64,000 nt of DNA from an uncultured cyanobacterium. GTDB taxonomy: Bacteria > Cyanobacteriota > Cyanobacteriia > Phormidesmidales > Phormidesmidaceae. Shown here one piece after another: positions 30,161 through 39,125 of the stretch. A program made the position numbers and the translations under genes. Position 1 is the stretch's first letter, and each line of letters starts with the position of its first letter. The notes under the pieces were generated by a model that did no database searches, had not been told where the DNA came from, and saw only the letters and a program-made list of their open reading frames with translations. Location: contig CAWBZI010000007.1 in NCBI GenBank assembly GCA_963793265.1, positions 288,001 to 352,000 on the forward strand. The letters are read 5' to 3'.

Positions 30161-31921
30161 TCACGGCAGTAGGGCCGGATTCCTGACGTTTGAGCCGATA
30201 CTTGCAGATTGAGAGATTAAGTCAGCGAGTAGGCGGTTGAGGGCGCTGGTGACGGCGTAGAAGGAGGCTGTGACAATGCTGGTGTGGATGCCAATGCCGT
30301 AGCTAGCGCCTTGGGGCGTCGTGATTTCGATTAGGGCGATCGCCTGACTTTGGCTACCCTTGGGCAGATCGCCCGGACGAGTCGGCAGGGCCATTTTCAG
30401 CGATCGCTCCTCATACCCGCTCACCTGCATTTGGCCGAGGCGATCGCCTAGTTGGCTACCATTCAAAGCCGCTACCAAAGCGTCAATTGGCCCATTGCCT
30501 TCACCTTCTAGCGTATGCTCACAGCCCTCAATCTCGACACAGACCGCTATCTGCGTGCTTCCTGCTTTTGTTGACACGCACTGATGAGAACAGTATGTCA
30601 ACGGCCCGGTAGCTCGAAGATATTCTGCCTTGAAAATCTGCCAAATCACGTCAGCAGTGACCTCTTTCCCACTATCTTCTACGGCCCGCTGCACTATCCG
30701 ACTGAACTCTATTTGCAGCCGTCTAGGAAGCACCACCCCATAATCTCTTTCTAGCAAAAAGGCAATGCCTCCTTTGCCCGACTGACTATTTACCCGCACA
30801 ACAGATTCGTAAGAGCGCCCCATGTCCGCTGGGTCTATGGGTAGGTAAGGAACCGCCCATGTATCTTCAGGCTGTCTTGCAGCAAAGCCCTTTTTGATGG
30901 CGTCTTGATGAGAGCCTGAGAAAGCAGTAAAAACAAGTTCGCCTGAGTAGGGGTGGCGTGAATGAACCGGCAGCTGGGTACAGTCTTGGGCAACTTGAAC
31001 AATGTCGTCTATACGAGAAAAATCTAGACCCGGCGAAATGCCCTGCGTGTACAGATTCATCGCTAGCGTCACCAGATCGACATTTCCCGTCCGTTCGCCA
31101 TTGCCAAATAAGCAGCCCTCTACCCTCTGCGCGCCAGCCATTTGAGCCAGTTCAGCAGCAGCCACGCTACAGCCCCGATCGTTGTGAGGATGCACGCACA
31201 GCACCACGGCCTCGCGGTAGTCAAGGTGGCGATGCATCCATTCCACCTGATCGGCAAAAACATTAGGGGTGGATACTTCTACGCTGGCTGGAAGGTTGAT
31301 GATTGCTTTTGCTGCAGATGTAGGCTGCCACACGGCCAGCACTTCATTGCAAATCGCTTTGGCAAAAGGCAGCTCGGTTGAGGTAAAAACTTCGGGAGAG
31401 TACTGAAATCGCCAGGCGGTTTCATGTTGGGCAGTCGCTAGCTCTTTGATGAGGGCAGCGGCATCGGTTGCTAAGCGAATAGTGCCTGAGCGATCGAGAT
31501 TGAAAACAACTTTTCGGAAGGTGGGCGCAGTGGCATTGTATACGTGAACGATCGCCTGCTTAGCGCCTTTTAGAGATTCAAACGTACGGCGAATAAGGTG
31601 ATCTCTAGCAGGGGTAAGAACCTGTAGCGTGACATCGTTAGGAACTAGATTTTGCTGTATGAGGTGGCGAACAAAATCGAATTCTGTTTGAGAAGCACCA
31701 GGGAAACCGACTTCGATTTCTTTGAAACCAATATTGATCAAGGTGTGGAACAGGCGCAGCTTGCGAGCGATACTCATGGGCTCAATGAGCGCTTGATTGC
31801 CATCACGTAAATCGGTACTGAGCCAGGCTGGCGGCTGCGTGATGGTTTTGCTCGGCCAGGTGCGATCTGCGAGATTAATAGGCGTAAATGCGGCGTACTT
31901 GCTATTTGGTTGAGTCAACAT
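30161..31921 (-). CDS. leuA: 2-isopropylmalate synthase, yeast/actinobacterial/proteobacterial type
   Basis: RTWP, STDLRDGNQAL, QYSPE, HPHNDRG, GNGERTGNVD, AFSGSHQDAIKKG, PYLPIDP, RVNSQSGKGG, GNGPIDA. Confidence 0.95.
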   Translation of the reverse strand: MLTQPNSKYAAFTPINLADRTWPSKTITQPPAWLSTDLRDGNQALIEPMSIARKLRLFHTLINIGFKEIEVGFPGASQTEFDFVRHLIQQNLVPNDVTLQVLTPARDHLIRRTFESLKGAKQAIVHVYNATAPTFRKVVFNLDRSGTIRLATDAAALIKELATAQHETAWRFQYSPEVFTSTELPFAKAICNEVLAVWQPTSAAKAIINLPASVEVSTPNVFADQVEWMHRHLDYREAVVLCVHPHNDRGCSVAAAELAQMAGAQRVEGCLFGNGERTGNVDLVTLAMNLYTQGISPGLDFSRIDDIVQVAQDCTQLPVHSRHPYSGELVFTAFSGSHQDAIKKGFAARQPEDTWAVPYLPIDPADMGRSYESVVRVNSQSGKGGIAFLLERDYGVVLPRRLQIEFSRIVQRAVEDSGKEVTADVIWQIFKAEYLRATGPLTYCSHQCVSTKAGSTQIAVCVEIEGCEHTLEGEGNGPIDALVAALNGSQLGDRLGQMQVSGYEERSLKMALPTRPGDLPKGSQSQAIALIEITTPQGASYGIGIHTSIVTASFYAVTSALNRLLADLISQSASIGSNVRNPALLP

Positions 31922-32090
31922 AGGATGGCTGTGAATAATTGTATTGGGGTGGTTTTTGTTTGTGCATAGATGAGGCGGCAGCGATGCAGCGAGTAAGCGC
32001 TAGGTTGAGCGATCGCAGGGTCTAAAACGAATGCAGCCTAGCGGCACAAGGAAGTGAGCCGCAAGAAAATGACTGGTTGTAAAAAAGTAA

Positions 32091-32168
32091 TTATGCGCGC
32101 CCGCGCAGCAGCTTCAGCCCAATAAGGCTAAAGCTAAGCTTGTAGAGAGGTGCAGGCCGCTTGTTCAT
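32091..32168 (-). CDS. Putative leuA leader peptide MNKRPAPLYKLSFSLIGLKLLRGRA (25 aa, 6 Leu)
   Basis: ATG 32168 to TAA 32091 on the leuA strand, ending 169 nt before the leuA ATG. Leu codons CTC, CTT, CTT, CTG, CTG, CTG. Overlapping alternative stems lie downstream. Confidence 0.7.
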   Translation of the reverse strand: MNKRPAPLYKLSFSLIGLKLLRGRA

Positions 32169-33073
32169 AGGTCTTTTGCATCGGTAGCCCCATTTAAGCA
32201 CAGACTAAGCATAGGCTGAACGCAAAAAATCTGGGTTTCCAGCATCTAGGTCTGTAGCATACTTATTATCATAAAAACAGACCATCACATCACCGTATTA
32301 TGCACAAACAAACAGTCGTAAATGAGTGCTTTCCTAATACAAAAATGGTCTTCCATTGAGGTTTGTATACTGTTCTTCTAAAAAGAGCGTATAGAGTGCA
32401 CAGATTGATTTTTTGACCTTTTGAGAGTTCTCATGTTTGCTTCAAGCGTTACGGGTGCTTAAAGATACAGGCAATAATAAAATGCTCAGTACCCAGGTTA
32501 AAATTTTTTAGAAGATCCATTATTTATTATGGTAATCGTGTATGCTTCCTTTTATAAACGCAATGGAAGCTTAGACATTGCTCATTCTATTGGTGCTTAT
32601 CTACATTAGAGTTCATAAAAACCTTTCTAACTAAGCAAGCATCGGCGTTTGTGCAGTAAGTAAGGGATTGCAAAGATTGTGATTGGAATGATCTAAAAGT
32701 AAAAAGCATACATTTATTGCAATATCTGCTTTTGCAACTATCTTGTAGAAGGGCGATCTTCTTGAGTTAATTGAGACAGGTTACGTAGAGCTTTAATGAG
32801 TCTGATAGGTTGCTGCTCAATTGTTTAAGTAAGGGTTAGGCTGGCTGTCTACAAGGGATTAAGTTGCTGTTGTGATAAGCGGCCTAATTTATTCGGCTGT
32901 TTTGTGAAAGTTAGATAGGCAAAAGTAGGTGAGCTTAGGAACTCATTGCGTTAGATAGAAGACTTTAGCTTTAGTATCAACGTTTGAAATATAAGCTTGG
33001 TGCTAACCACTGAATATCCGTAGGTGAGTTTGGCTTTGGCTTTGCGTGGTTTTTAAAGAGGGTTGCTGCTACT

Positions 33074-35215
33074 TTGGCAGATGAGGATGTGAATGTGGAT
33101 TTGACGACTGCGCTGAAGTGGCTGAACGCTGCGGTGATGAATGGTGTTGGGCATCCCTTGCGAGAGCCTGAGATTGTGATATTGAAGGGCACCTGGCGAG
33201 GGTTGACGTATGAGCAAATGGCAGGCGGATCGGACTACAGCACTAATTATCTGATGCGGGACGTGGCTCCTAAGCTATGGAAGCAGCTTTCGAGCGTGTT
33301 TGGGCGCTCGGTCGGCAAGACTAATTTTCGAGTAGCGCTAGAAGCCTACGCCGTTTCTAATAAGGCGCTTGCCTCTGAAATTGCTGCTTCGAACTTTGGC
33401 TTTACGCCCGATTTTGAAGCAGACGTGATGCATAGCCGAGAGCAAGGTCGAGATGCGTTTGAGGGGCCTGGAAGCTCAAAAAGAAGCTTGGACAGTGGTA
33501 GTGGAACGACAGGCACGGACTACAGGCATCCTTCTATGCTTGGAAATGCCTCAGCTAGCGGCGGATATCGTGGACTAGCGATGCCTGTAAGTTCGGAGGC
33601 ATTGATGTATGGATATGAAGATGAGCTGGCTCAGATCAAACAGTGGATTTGTGAGGGCATTGGAGAAAGCTCCCTCTTAGCAGGCACCTCTTCAGGTGTG
33701 CTAGTGGGCCTGTGGGGCCTGTGCGGCGTTGGTAAAACGCTGCTGGTTGAAAAGGCGATCGCTCAAGTCGGCGATCTTGTTGAAGGCGTTGTGTGGCGAT
33801 CGCTACAGTCTCAACCCAGCTTGAACGACCTGAGCGCCAGCATTTTATCCAGCTTGGGGATTCGGTTAGCTGAGGCTCAAGCCGCCATTGCGCCTGCTCA
33901 GCTGATCGCGCTGATGAACCAGCGATCGCTTCTAATTGTTTTAGAAGGGGCAGAGGCGCTGCTACAGCCCGGCGTGCTTGCAGGCGACTATCAGCCAGCG
34001 TTTCAGGCATACGGTGAGTTTTTTCAGTCGGTATTGGGATCGCGTAGCTGTGTAATTATGACAGGTATTGAAGGGCCTGCTGAGCTGGTGCGCCAGGGTA
34101 GCTATAGCCAGCGGCAAGGGGTGCGATCGCTTTATCTCAAGCGGCTTCCAGAAGCGGCTGCGATTTCCCTTTTGCAAGCTGAGTCGAATCAGCAAGCGTC
34201 TTCGGCTGAGCACTGGTCTGAGCTGATTGCCCGCTACCAGGGTCACCCGCTGGCGCTGAAGTCAGCCGCTCGGGTCATTCAAGAAATTTTTAATGGCCGC
34301 GTCGATCAGTTTTTGCAGCAGGGGTCTGTATTATTCACAGATATCTTGCGGCTGCTCTCGCCGTCTTTTGAACGACTGTCTTCATCTGAATTAGATATTC
34401 TCTACTGGTTAGCCAGCCAGGAAGCGCCGATTAGCTTGGTTGAACTTCAGCAGACGCTCCCGAGATCTGTGGCGGCGAACGAACTGATCTCAGCGCTGGA
34501 CTCATTGAAGCAGCGATCGCTCCTGAGCATCCATACTGATAGCGAGGATCTGCCGACCTTCTATTTACCTGCGCTGATAAAAGCGTATGCGGTGCATCGA
34601 TTTATGAATCGATTTGGTGAAACGCTTACCGCTGACGCCATCGGAGAAAAGCGCAGCAGCGAGCCGTTAACCCGATTGAGCGCCCAACCAGCCTATAGCG
34701 ACCCCAATCAGGTGATTGACTTAAGCCCGCCAGCCGCCACGCGCGTACAGCTCAGCCAGTGGTTTCAGGGACAGTTTGAAGCCGATTGGCAGTCGCTAAA
34801 CCGTCTATTTGAGGCGTCTGCGCGTCCGGCACTGCGGCTGCGTAATGCTTATCATCTGCAAGATGAAACATTTATTAAGCGCTGTAAGTCAATTGTTTTA
34901 TCTAAAGAAAATCAGGCCAGCAGTCGGGTAAGTGCCTCTAAACCGGCGGCGGTACTCCTAGTGGCTATTCATCAAGATGGTGAGAATCTGTACAAAATCT
35001 GCGTACAGGCTCAGCCTCCCAAAGACGCTAGCGTGCTGCCCGAGCACCTGGCGCTAAAGCTACTAGATAATCAGCAGACTGTTTTGGCTACGGTCGTTGC
35101 TCAGCAAGACGACACGTTCATTCAACTGCCCTACTTTCGAGGGGCCGTGGAAGAACCTTTCTCCATTGAGCTGAGCCTGGCAGATAGTCATCATACAGAG
35201 ACTTTTGTGATATAA
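33074..35215 (+). CDS. N-terminal HTH + NB-ARC (STAND) ATPase + C-terminal DUF1822-like domain
   Basis: ILKGTWRGLTYEQMA...APKLWKQLS...VGKTNF HTH-like region; Walker A GLCGVGKT; VVWRSL; GHPLALK; C-terminal LSQWFQGQFEADWQ...ICVQAQP...FIQLPYFRG...ETFVI. Start uncertain. Confidence 0.8.
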   Translation: MADEDVNVDLTTALKWLNAAVMNGVGHPLREPEIVILKGTWRGLTYEQMAGGSDYSTNYLMRDVAPKLWKQLSSVFGRSVGKTNFRVALEAYAVSNKALASEIAASNFGFTPDFEADVMHSREQGRDAFEGPGSSKRSLDSGSGTTGTDYRHPSMLGNASASGGYRGLAMPVSSEALMYGYEDELAQIKQWICEGIGESSLLAGTSSGVLVGLWGLCGVGKTLLVEKAIAQVGDLVEGVVWRSLQSQPSLNDLSASILSSLGIRLAEAQAAIAPAQLIALMNQRSLLIVLEGAEALLQPGVLAGDYQPAFQAYGEFFQSVLGSRSCVIMTGIEGPAELVRQGSYSQRQGVRSLYLKRLPEAAAISLLQAESNQQASSAEHWSELIARYQGHPLALKSAARVIQEIFNGRVDQFLQQGSVLFTDILRLLSPSFERLSSSELDILYWLASQEAPISLVELQQTLPRSVAANELISALDSLKQRSLLSIHTDSEDLPTFYLPALIKAYAVHRFMNRFGETLTADAIGEKRSSEPLTRLSAQPAYSDPNQVIDLSPPAATRVQLSQWFQGQFEADWQSLNRLFEASARPALRLRNAYHLQDETFIKRCKSIVLSKENQASSRVSASKPAAVLLVAIHQDGENLYKICVQAQPPKDASVLPEHLALKLLDNQQTVLATVVAQQDDTFIQLPYFRGAVEEPFSIELSLADSHHTETFVI

Positions 35216-35222
35216 GCGCTGC

Positions 35223-37721
35223 ATGAAAAAAGTTATCTTGAACTTAGGCGGTGGCACCCTTATCGAAGGGTGTAAGAACGTTATTGGCGAATTTTTGGGC
35301 GAGTCTTTGAGCCAGCCTCAGAATCAGACCCAAAGCCAACCCTTGGGGCCGTCATCAACAGCGCAGAGTCAGGCATATCCTATTCGCTTCACCGGGGAGC
35401 TACCGGCAGCGCCTCAGCTAGCGGCCACGCAAACGCGGTGGCAGCACCTCTATGCCGCTCGCAATCAAGATCAGGCGCTACGCATTCATCTGCTTGATGT
35501 AGAAGGACTTCGCTACTCTGAAAATGATTTTAATCAGTGCTGTTTGCAGCTTGTTAATCAGTTTGAAGCCTGGCTAAATACGCCTGAATTGCTGCAGATT
35601 GATCGCGCCTTGAGAACCGAGTTCAAGCGCAGCGATGACGTTCAAATTATCTTAGAAACCGCCGACCTTCAGCTCTGTAAGCTGCCCTGGCATCTGTGGC
35701 CGCTTTTTGAAGATTATCCTCAAGCCGAGCTAACGTTTGGCGCGCTCGACTGGCGACCGCTGCCCAACCGGCCATTCAATCACCGCAAAAATCAGGGGCC
35801 TAGTGCATCCTCACGAATCCTAGCCACGCTGGGCAATCACGATGGCCTCGACTTGGCGGCTGATTTGACCACGCTCAATCATCTGCAAAACACTCATCTC
35901 AACGTTCTTGATACCCCTACGCTCAACCAGCTACACGAGCATCTTTGGGAGCCTGAAGGATGGGATATTTTCTTTTTTGCAGGCCACAGCCAAACCGAAG
36001 GAGAAACCGGCATTATTAATCTCAATCAGCATGAGCGGCTGAGCATTGAGCAGATTAAATATGCGCTGAGCCAGGCGATCGCGAACGGTCTAAAAATTGC
36101 CATCTTCAACTCCTGCGACGGGCTTGGGCTCGCCAGGCAGCTTTCGAGCCTGCAAATTCCGTATGTGGTGGTGATGCGAGAGCCGGTACCTGATGCGATC
36201 GCTCAGCAGTTTTTACGCTATCTACTCGCAGCTTTTACCCAGGGCCTGCCGTTTCACTTAGCCATGCGTGAAGCGCGTCAGCGGCTCGCTGGGCTAGAAA
36301 ATGAAGCGCCCTGTGCAAGCTGGCTGCCGGTTATTTGGCAAAATCCTACCGCGCCTGCGATCTACTGGCAAACCCTACAGCCGCAGGCTGATGGAGGAGT
36401 TAAGACGGCAAAGAGATGGGGGCGATCGCACGCTAAGCAGTTCGCTTTCAAAACTTTAATTGCCAGCGGTATTGTACTGGGCATTCGAGCGCTGGGGCTG
36501 CTAGAGCCGGTTGAACTAATAGCTTATGACCAGCTTATGCGGCAGCGGCCCACCGAATCAGTCGATCAAAGAACCGTTGTTGTCGAAGTCACTGAAAAGA
36601 CAACTAGCCAGTATGGCTACCCGCTACCTGACGAACAGCTAACGGCATTAATCGACCGGATAAATGATGCGCAGCCTTTGGCAATCGGATTGGACTTGCA
36701 CAGAGCGCGGCCCAATCCTTCTAGAGCAGAAAGCAGCTTAATCACTGATGTAGAACCTAGCTACGATAAGTTTTTGAGACAGGTAGAAAGCACACCCTCT
36801 CTGTTCTTAGTTTGCTTTTATGACAGCAAGGACAAGAACTACGGGACGCCAGCTCAGCTTTCTGAGGAGGTTCGCGCCTATCAAGTCGGCTTTAGCGACC
36901 TGCCGATTGATCGCTTTACTCAATTTGGCGGTAATCCTCGCAGCGATGTCACCGCAGCGGGCAGCAATGCGCGAATGGGCGAAATGGTGCGCCGCCAGTG
37001 GCTCTCTTACGATCCTAATCTCTCACCCGCTTCACCAAACTGTGAAACGCCCTATAGCCTGAGCTTTCAGCTTGCCTTTGAATATTTAGACCAGGCTGGG
37101 GTAGAGCCGCTGACGGTCACAGACGATGAACGCTGGCAGTTTGGCCCGGTTGTTTTTGACTGGCTACCGCAGCGGGTAGGCGCTTATCAGCAGCTAGCAG
37201 CGCACAGCAGCCAGGTTTTGCTGAACTACCGAGCGAACCAGCCAGGCGAAGAAATTACGGTTGAGCAGCTCATGTCAGACGGGTTTGATCCGCAAATGCT
37301 GACCGACAAAATTGTGCTCATTGGCTACACCGCGCCTGTTTCTAAAGACTATTTTGAAACGCCTTATGGGCCAATGGCTGGGCTGTGGGTGCACGCTCAT
37401 ATGGTGAGCCAACTGCTGAGCGCGGTGCTAGATGACAGGCCGATGATACATGGGCTAGCTCAATGGCAGAGCTGGCAGTGGGGCGACTGGGTGTGGATTG
37501 CGATGTGGGGATGTGCAGGGGGCTACGTGGGCATTGCGATTAAGCGGCGATCGTACTGGCTGCTGAGTCTCCTGCTAGGGGGAGGCGCGCTGTATCTATG
37601 GTGTTGGATAGCCTTAATATCCGGGCTGTGGCTACCGCTGGTACCGAGTGCTTTAGCTGCGACCGGCTCAACCGTTTGGCTACGGGCAAATCGCCCGTCT
37701 GACAAGAAGCTTGCGGATTAG
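35223..37721 (+). CDS. CHAT protease + CHASE2 sensor membrane protein
   Basis: LPWHLW, FFFAGHS (His), FNSCDG (Cys), MREPVPD; TM helix; ELIAYD, AIGLDLHR, VLIGYTA, GLWVHAHMVSQLL; C-terminal TM helices. Confidence 0.9.
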   Translation: MKKVILNLGGGTLIEGCKNVIGEFLGESLSQPQNQTQSQPLGPSSTAQSQAYPIRFTGELPAAPQLAATQTRWQHLYAARNQDQALRIHLLDVEGLRYSENDFNQCCLQLVNQFEAWLNTPELLQIDRALRTEFKRSDDVQIILETADLQLCKLPWHLWPLFEDYPQAELTFGALDWRPLPNRPFNHRKNQGPSASSRILATLGNHDGLDLAADLTTLNHLQNTHLNVLDTPTLNQLHEHLWEPEGWDIFFFAGHSQTEGETGIINLNQHERLSIEQIKYALSQAIANGLKIAIFNSCDGLGLARQLSSLQIPYVVVMREPVPDAIAQQFLRYLLAAFTQGLPFHLAMREARQRLAGLENEAPCASWLPVIWQNPTAPAIYWQTLQPQADGGVKTAKRWGRSHAKQFAFKTLIASGIVLGIRALGLLEPVELIAYDQLMRQRPTESVDQRTVVVEVTEKTTSQYGYPLPDEQLTALIDRINDAQPLAIGLDLHRARPNPSRAESSLITDVEPSYDKFLRQVESTPSLFLVCFYDSKDKNYGTPAQLSEEVRAYQVGFSDLPIDRFTQFGGNPRSDVTAAGSNARMGEMVRRQWLSYDPNLSPASPNCETPYSLSFQLAFEYLDQAGVEPLTVTDDERWQFGPVVFDWLPQRVGAYQQLAAHSSQVLLNYRANQPGEEITVEQLMSDGFDPQMLTDKIVLIGYTAPVSKDYFETPYGPMAGLWVHAHMVSQLLSAVLDDRPMIHGLAQWQSWQWGDWVWIAMWGCAGGYVGIAIKRRSYWLLSLLLGGGALYLWCWIALISGLWLPLVPSALAATGSTVWLRANRPSDKKLAD

Positions 37722-37746
37722 ATATTTAGATAGAATTTGCGAGATT

Positions 37747-38514
37747 ATGTTTAATTTTTCCACTCGGGTTTATGTTCAGTGGCTGCTAATTGTAAATATG
37801 GTGTTAGGGGCGATCGCTGTACCGCTGGCGGCTGTGGCGCGATCTCAAAACGTTCAGCCGCCAGCCGCCCGTCATCAGGCCCGCTCTCAGGTGCGTCGTC
37901 AGGTTCGTCGTCGCCCGCGCCCACCGCGCAGGCTACCGCCCAATCGGGTGCAGCCGGGGGGCGGCTTAGACGTGGCCGCGCAGTCTTGCGATTCTAGCCG
38001 CCAACCGCTGACGGCTTTAGTCCCTGTGGAAAATCCAGTCTTTACAGCGTCGGCCTATCCCACATTTCTCTTTCACTTAACAGACGATCCCGATCAGATT
38101 GAGCGAGCCGAGTTTATGCTGCTGGATGCTGATGAGAAAGAACAGATCTACGCTATGCAGTTCGAGCCCACGCAAGCAGGCATTGTTAGCATTTCGCTGC
38201 CTGCTGAGGCCGCCTACGCCCTTGAGCCTGAGCAGGCTTATCACTGGTATTTGAACATTCATTGTAAAAGGAGCACGGCGGTTTTATCTGTAGATGGTTG
38301 GGTGCAGCGGCTAGGCGAAGCCGAGAGCATAGAGGCGCGTGACGAGTCGGGTTTGCCAGTGGTTTGGTATGACGCGATCGCTCAGGTGGCCACTGAATTA
38401 GCGGTGTCTTCACAGGCGACCAGTCAGCAAGAATGGGCAGCGCTACTGGCAGCCGTTGGGCTAGAGAGCGCAGCAGCAGCGCCCATTGCAGGCACTGCCA
38501 TATCTCTTGAATAG
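37747..38514 (+). CDS. DUF928 domain protein
   Basis: Signal peptide; LTALVP, PTFLF, LEPEQAYHW, VDGWVQR, VWYDAIA, WAALLAAVGL. Confidence 0.85.
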   Translation: MFNFSTRVYVQWLLIVNMVLGAIAVPLAAVARSQNVQPPAARHQARSQVRRQVRRRPRPPRRLPPNRVQPGGGLDVAAQSCDSSRQPLTALVPVENPVFTASAYPTFLFHLTDDPDQIERAEFMLLDADEKEQIYAMQFEPTQAGIVSISLPAEAAYALEPEQAYHWYLNIHCKRSTAVLSVDGWVQRLGEAESIEARDESGLPVVWYDAIAQVATELAVSSQATSQQEWAALLAAVGLESAAAAPIAGTAISLE

Positions 38515-38551
38515 GCGATTGAGTAGGCGGTTTTGGTGGGCGATCGCCTTT

Positions 38552-39064
38552 TTACGACGATCGCAAAGCAACCACCTCAATCTCAACCAGCCAGCCCGGA
38601 TTGGCCAGTCCTGCAATCTGCATTGCCGAGCGAGACGGTAGGTTTGGCTGCGTCTCTGTACCAAAGAACTGAGTGTAGCTGGCCATAAACCCAGCAAAGT
38701 CCATCTTGCCTTCCATCTCTGGATCGCCCACCAAAAACGCCTGCATTTTCACCACATCGCCCATCGTCAAATCCAAGCTTGTCAAAACGCTCTCAATCTT
38801 TTCTAAAACGCTGTAGGTTTGAATCTCGGTATCACCGTAGGCCATAATCGTTCCAGACTCAGCCGCTTCGTTAGTGACGCTAGGCACCTGACCGCTCAAA
38901 TACACTAAAGAGGCATCAGCCGGTATTTCAACCGCCAGCGAAATGGGGAAATCTGAGTCTGGAATAGGGTGGCGAATAGGCATTTGAGCCGAGACACGCG
39001 GCGTAAACCCAATAATTAGACCGATGACTAGCAGCGCGCTCAACAATACTTTTTTGAAAGACAT
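38552..39064 (-). CDS. RidA/YjgF family protein with Sec signal peptide
   Basis: MSFKKVLLSALLVIGLIIGFTPRVSA signal; VYLSGQVP, DVVKMQAFL, PSRSA (conserved Arg), LVEIEVVA. Confidence 0.9.
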   Translation of the reverse strand: MSFKKVLLSALLVIGLIIGFTPRVSAQMPIRHPIPDSDFPISLAVEIPADASLVYLSGQVPSVTNEAAESGTIMAYGDTEIQTYSVLEKIESVLTSLDLTMGDVVKMQAFLVGDPEMEGKMDFAGFMASYTQFFGTETQPNLPSRSAMQIAGLANPGWLVEIEVVALRSS

Positions 39065-39125
39065 TCCCTGATTTTCCTTTTGTGTTTGTTCTTGTTTGCT
39101 ATCTCGATTTGCTATCTCGGATGGG

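Noticed and set aside
32169..33073. ncRNA or small gene in the long AT-rich intergenic region (likewise 20122-20932)
   Set aside because: No convincing ORF, stable structure or known RNA motif visible by eye; an Rfam search or RNA-seq would be needed.
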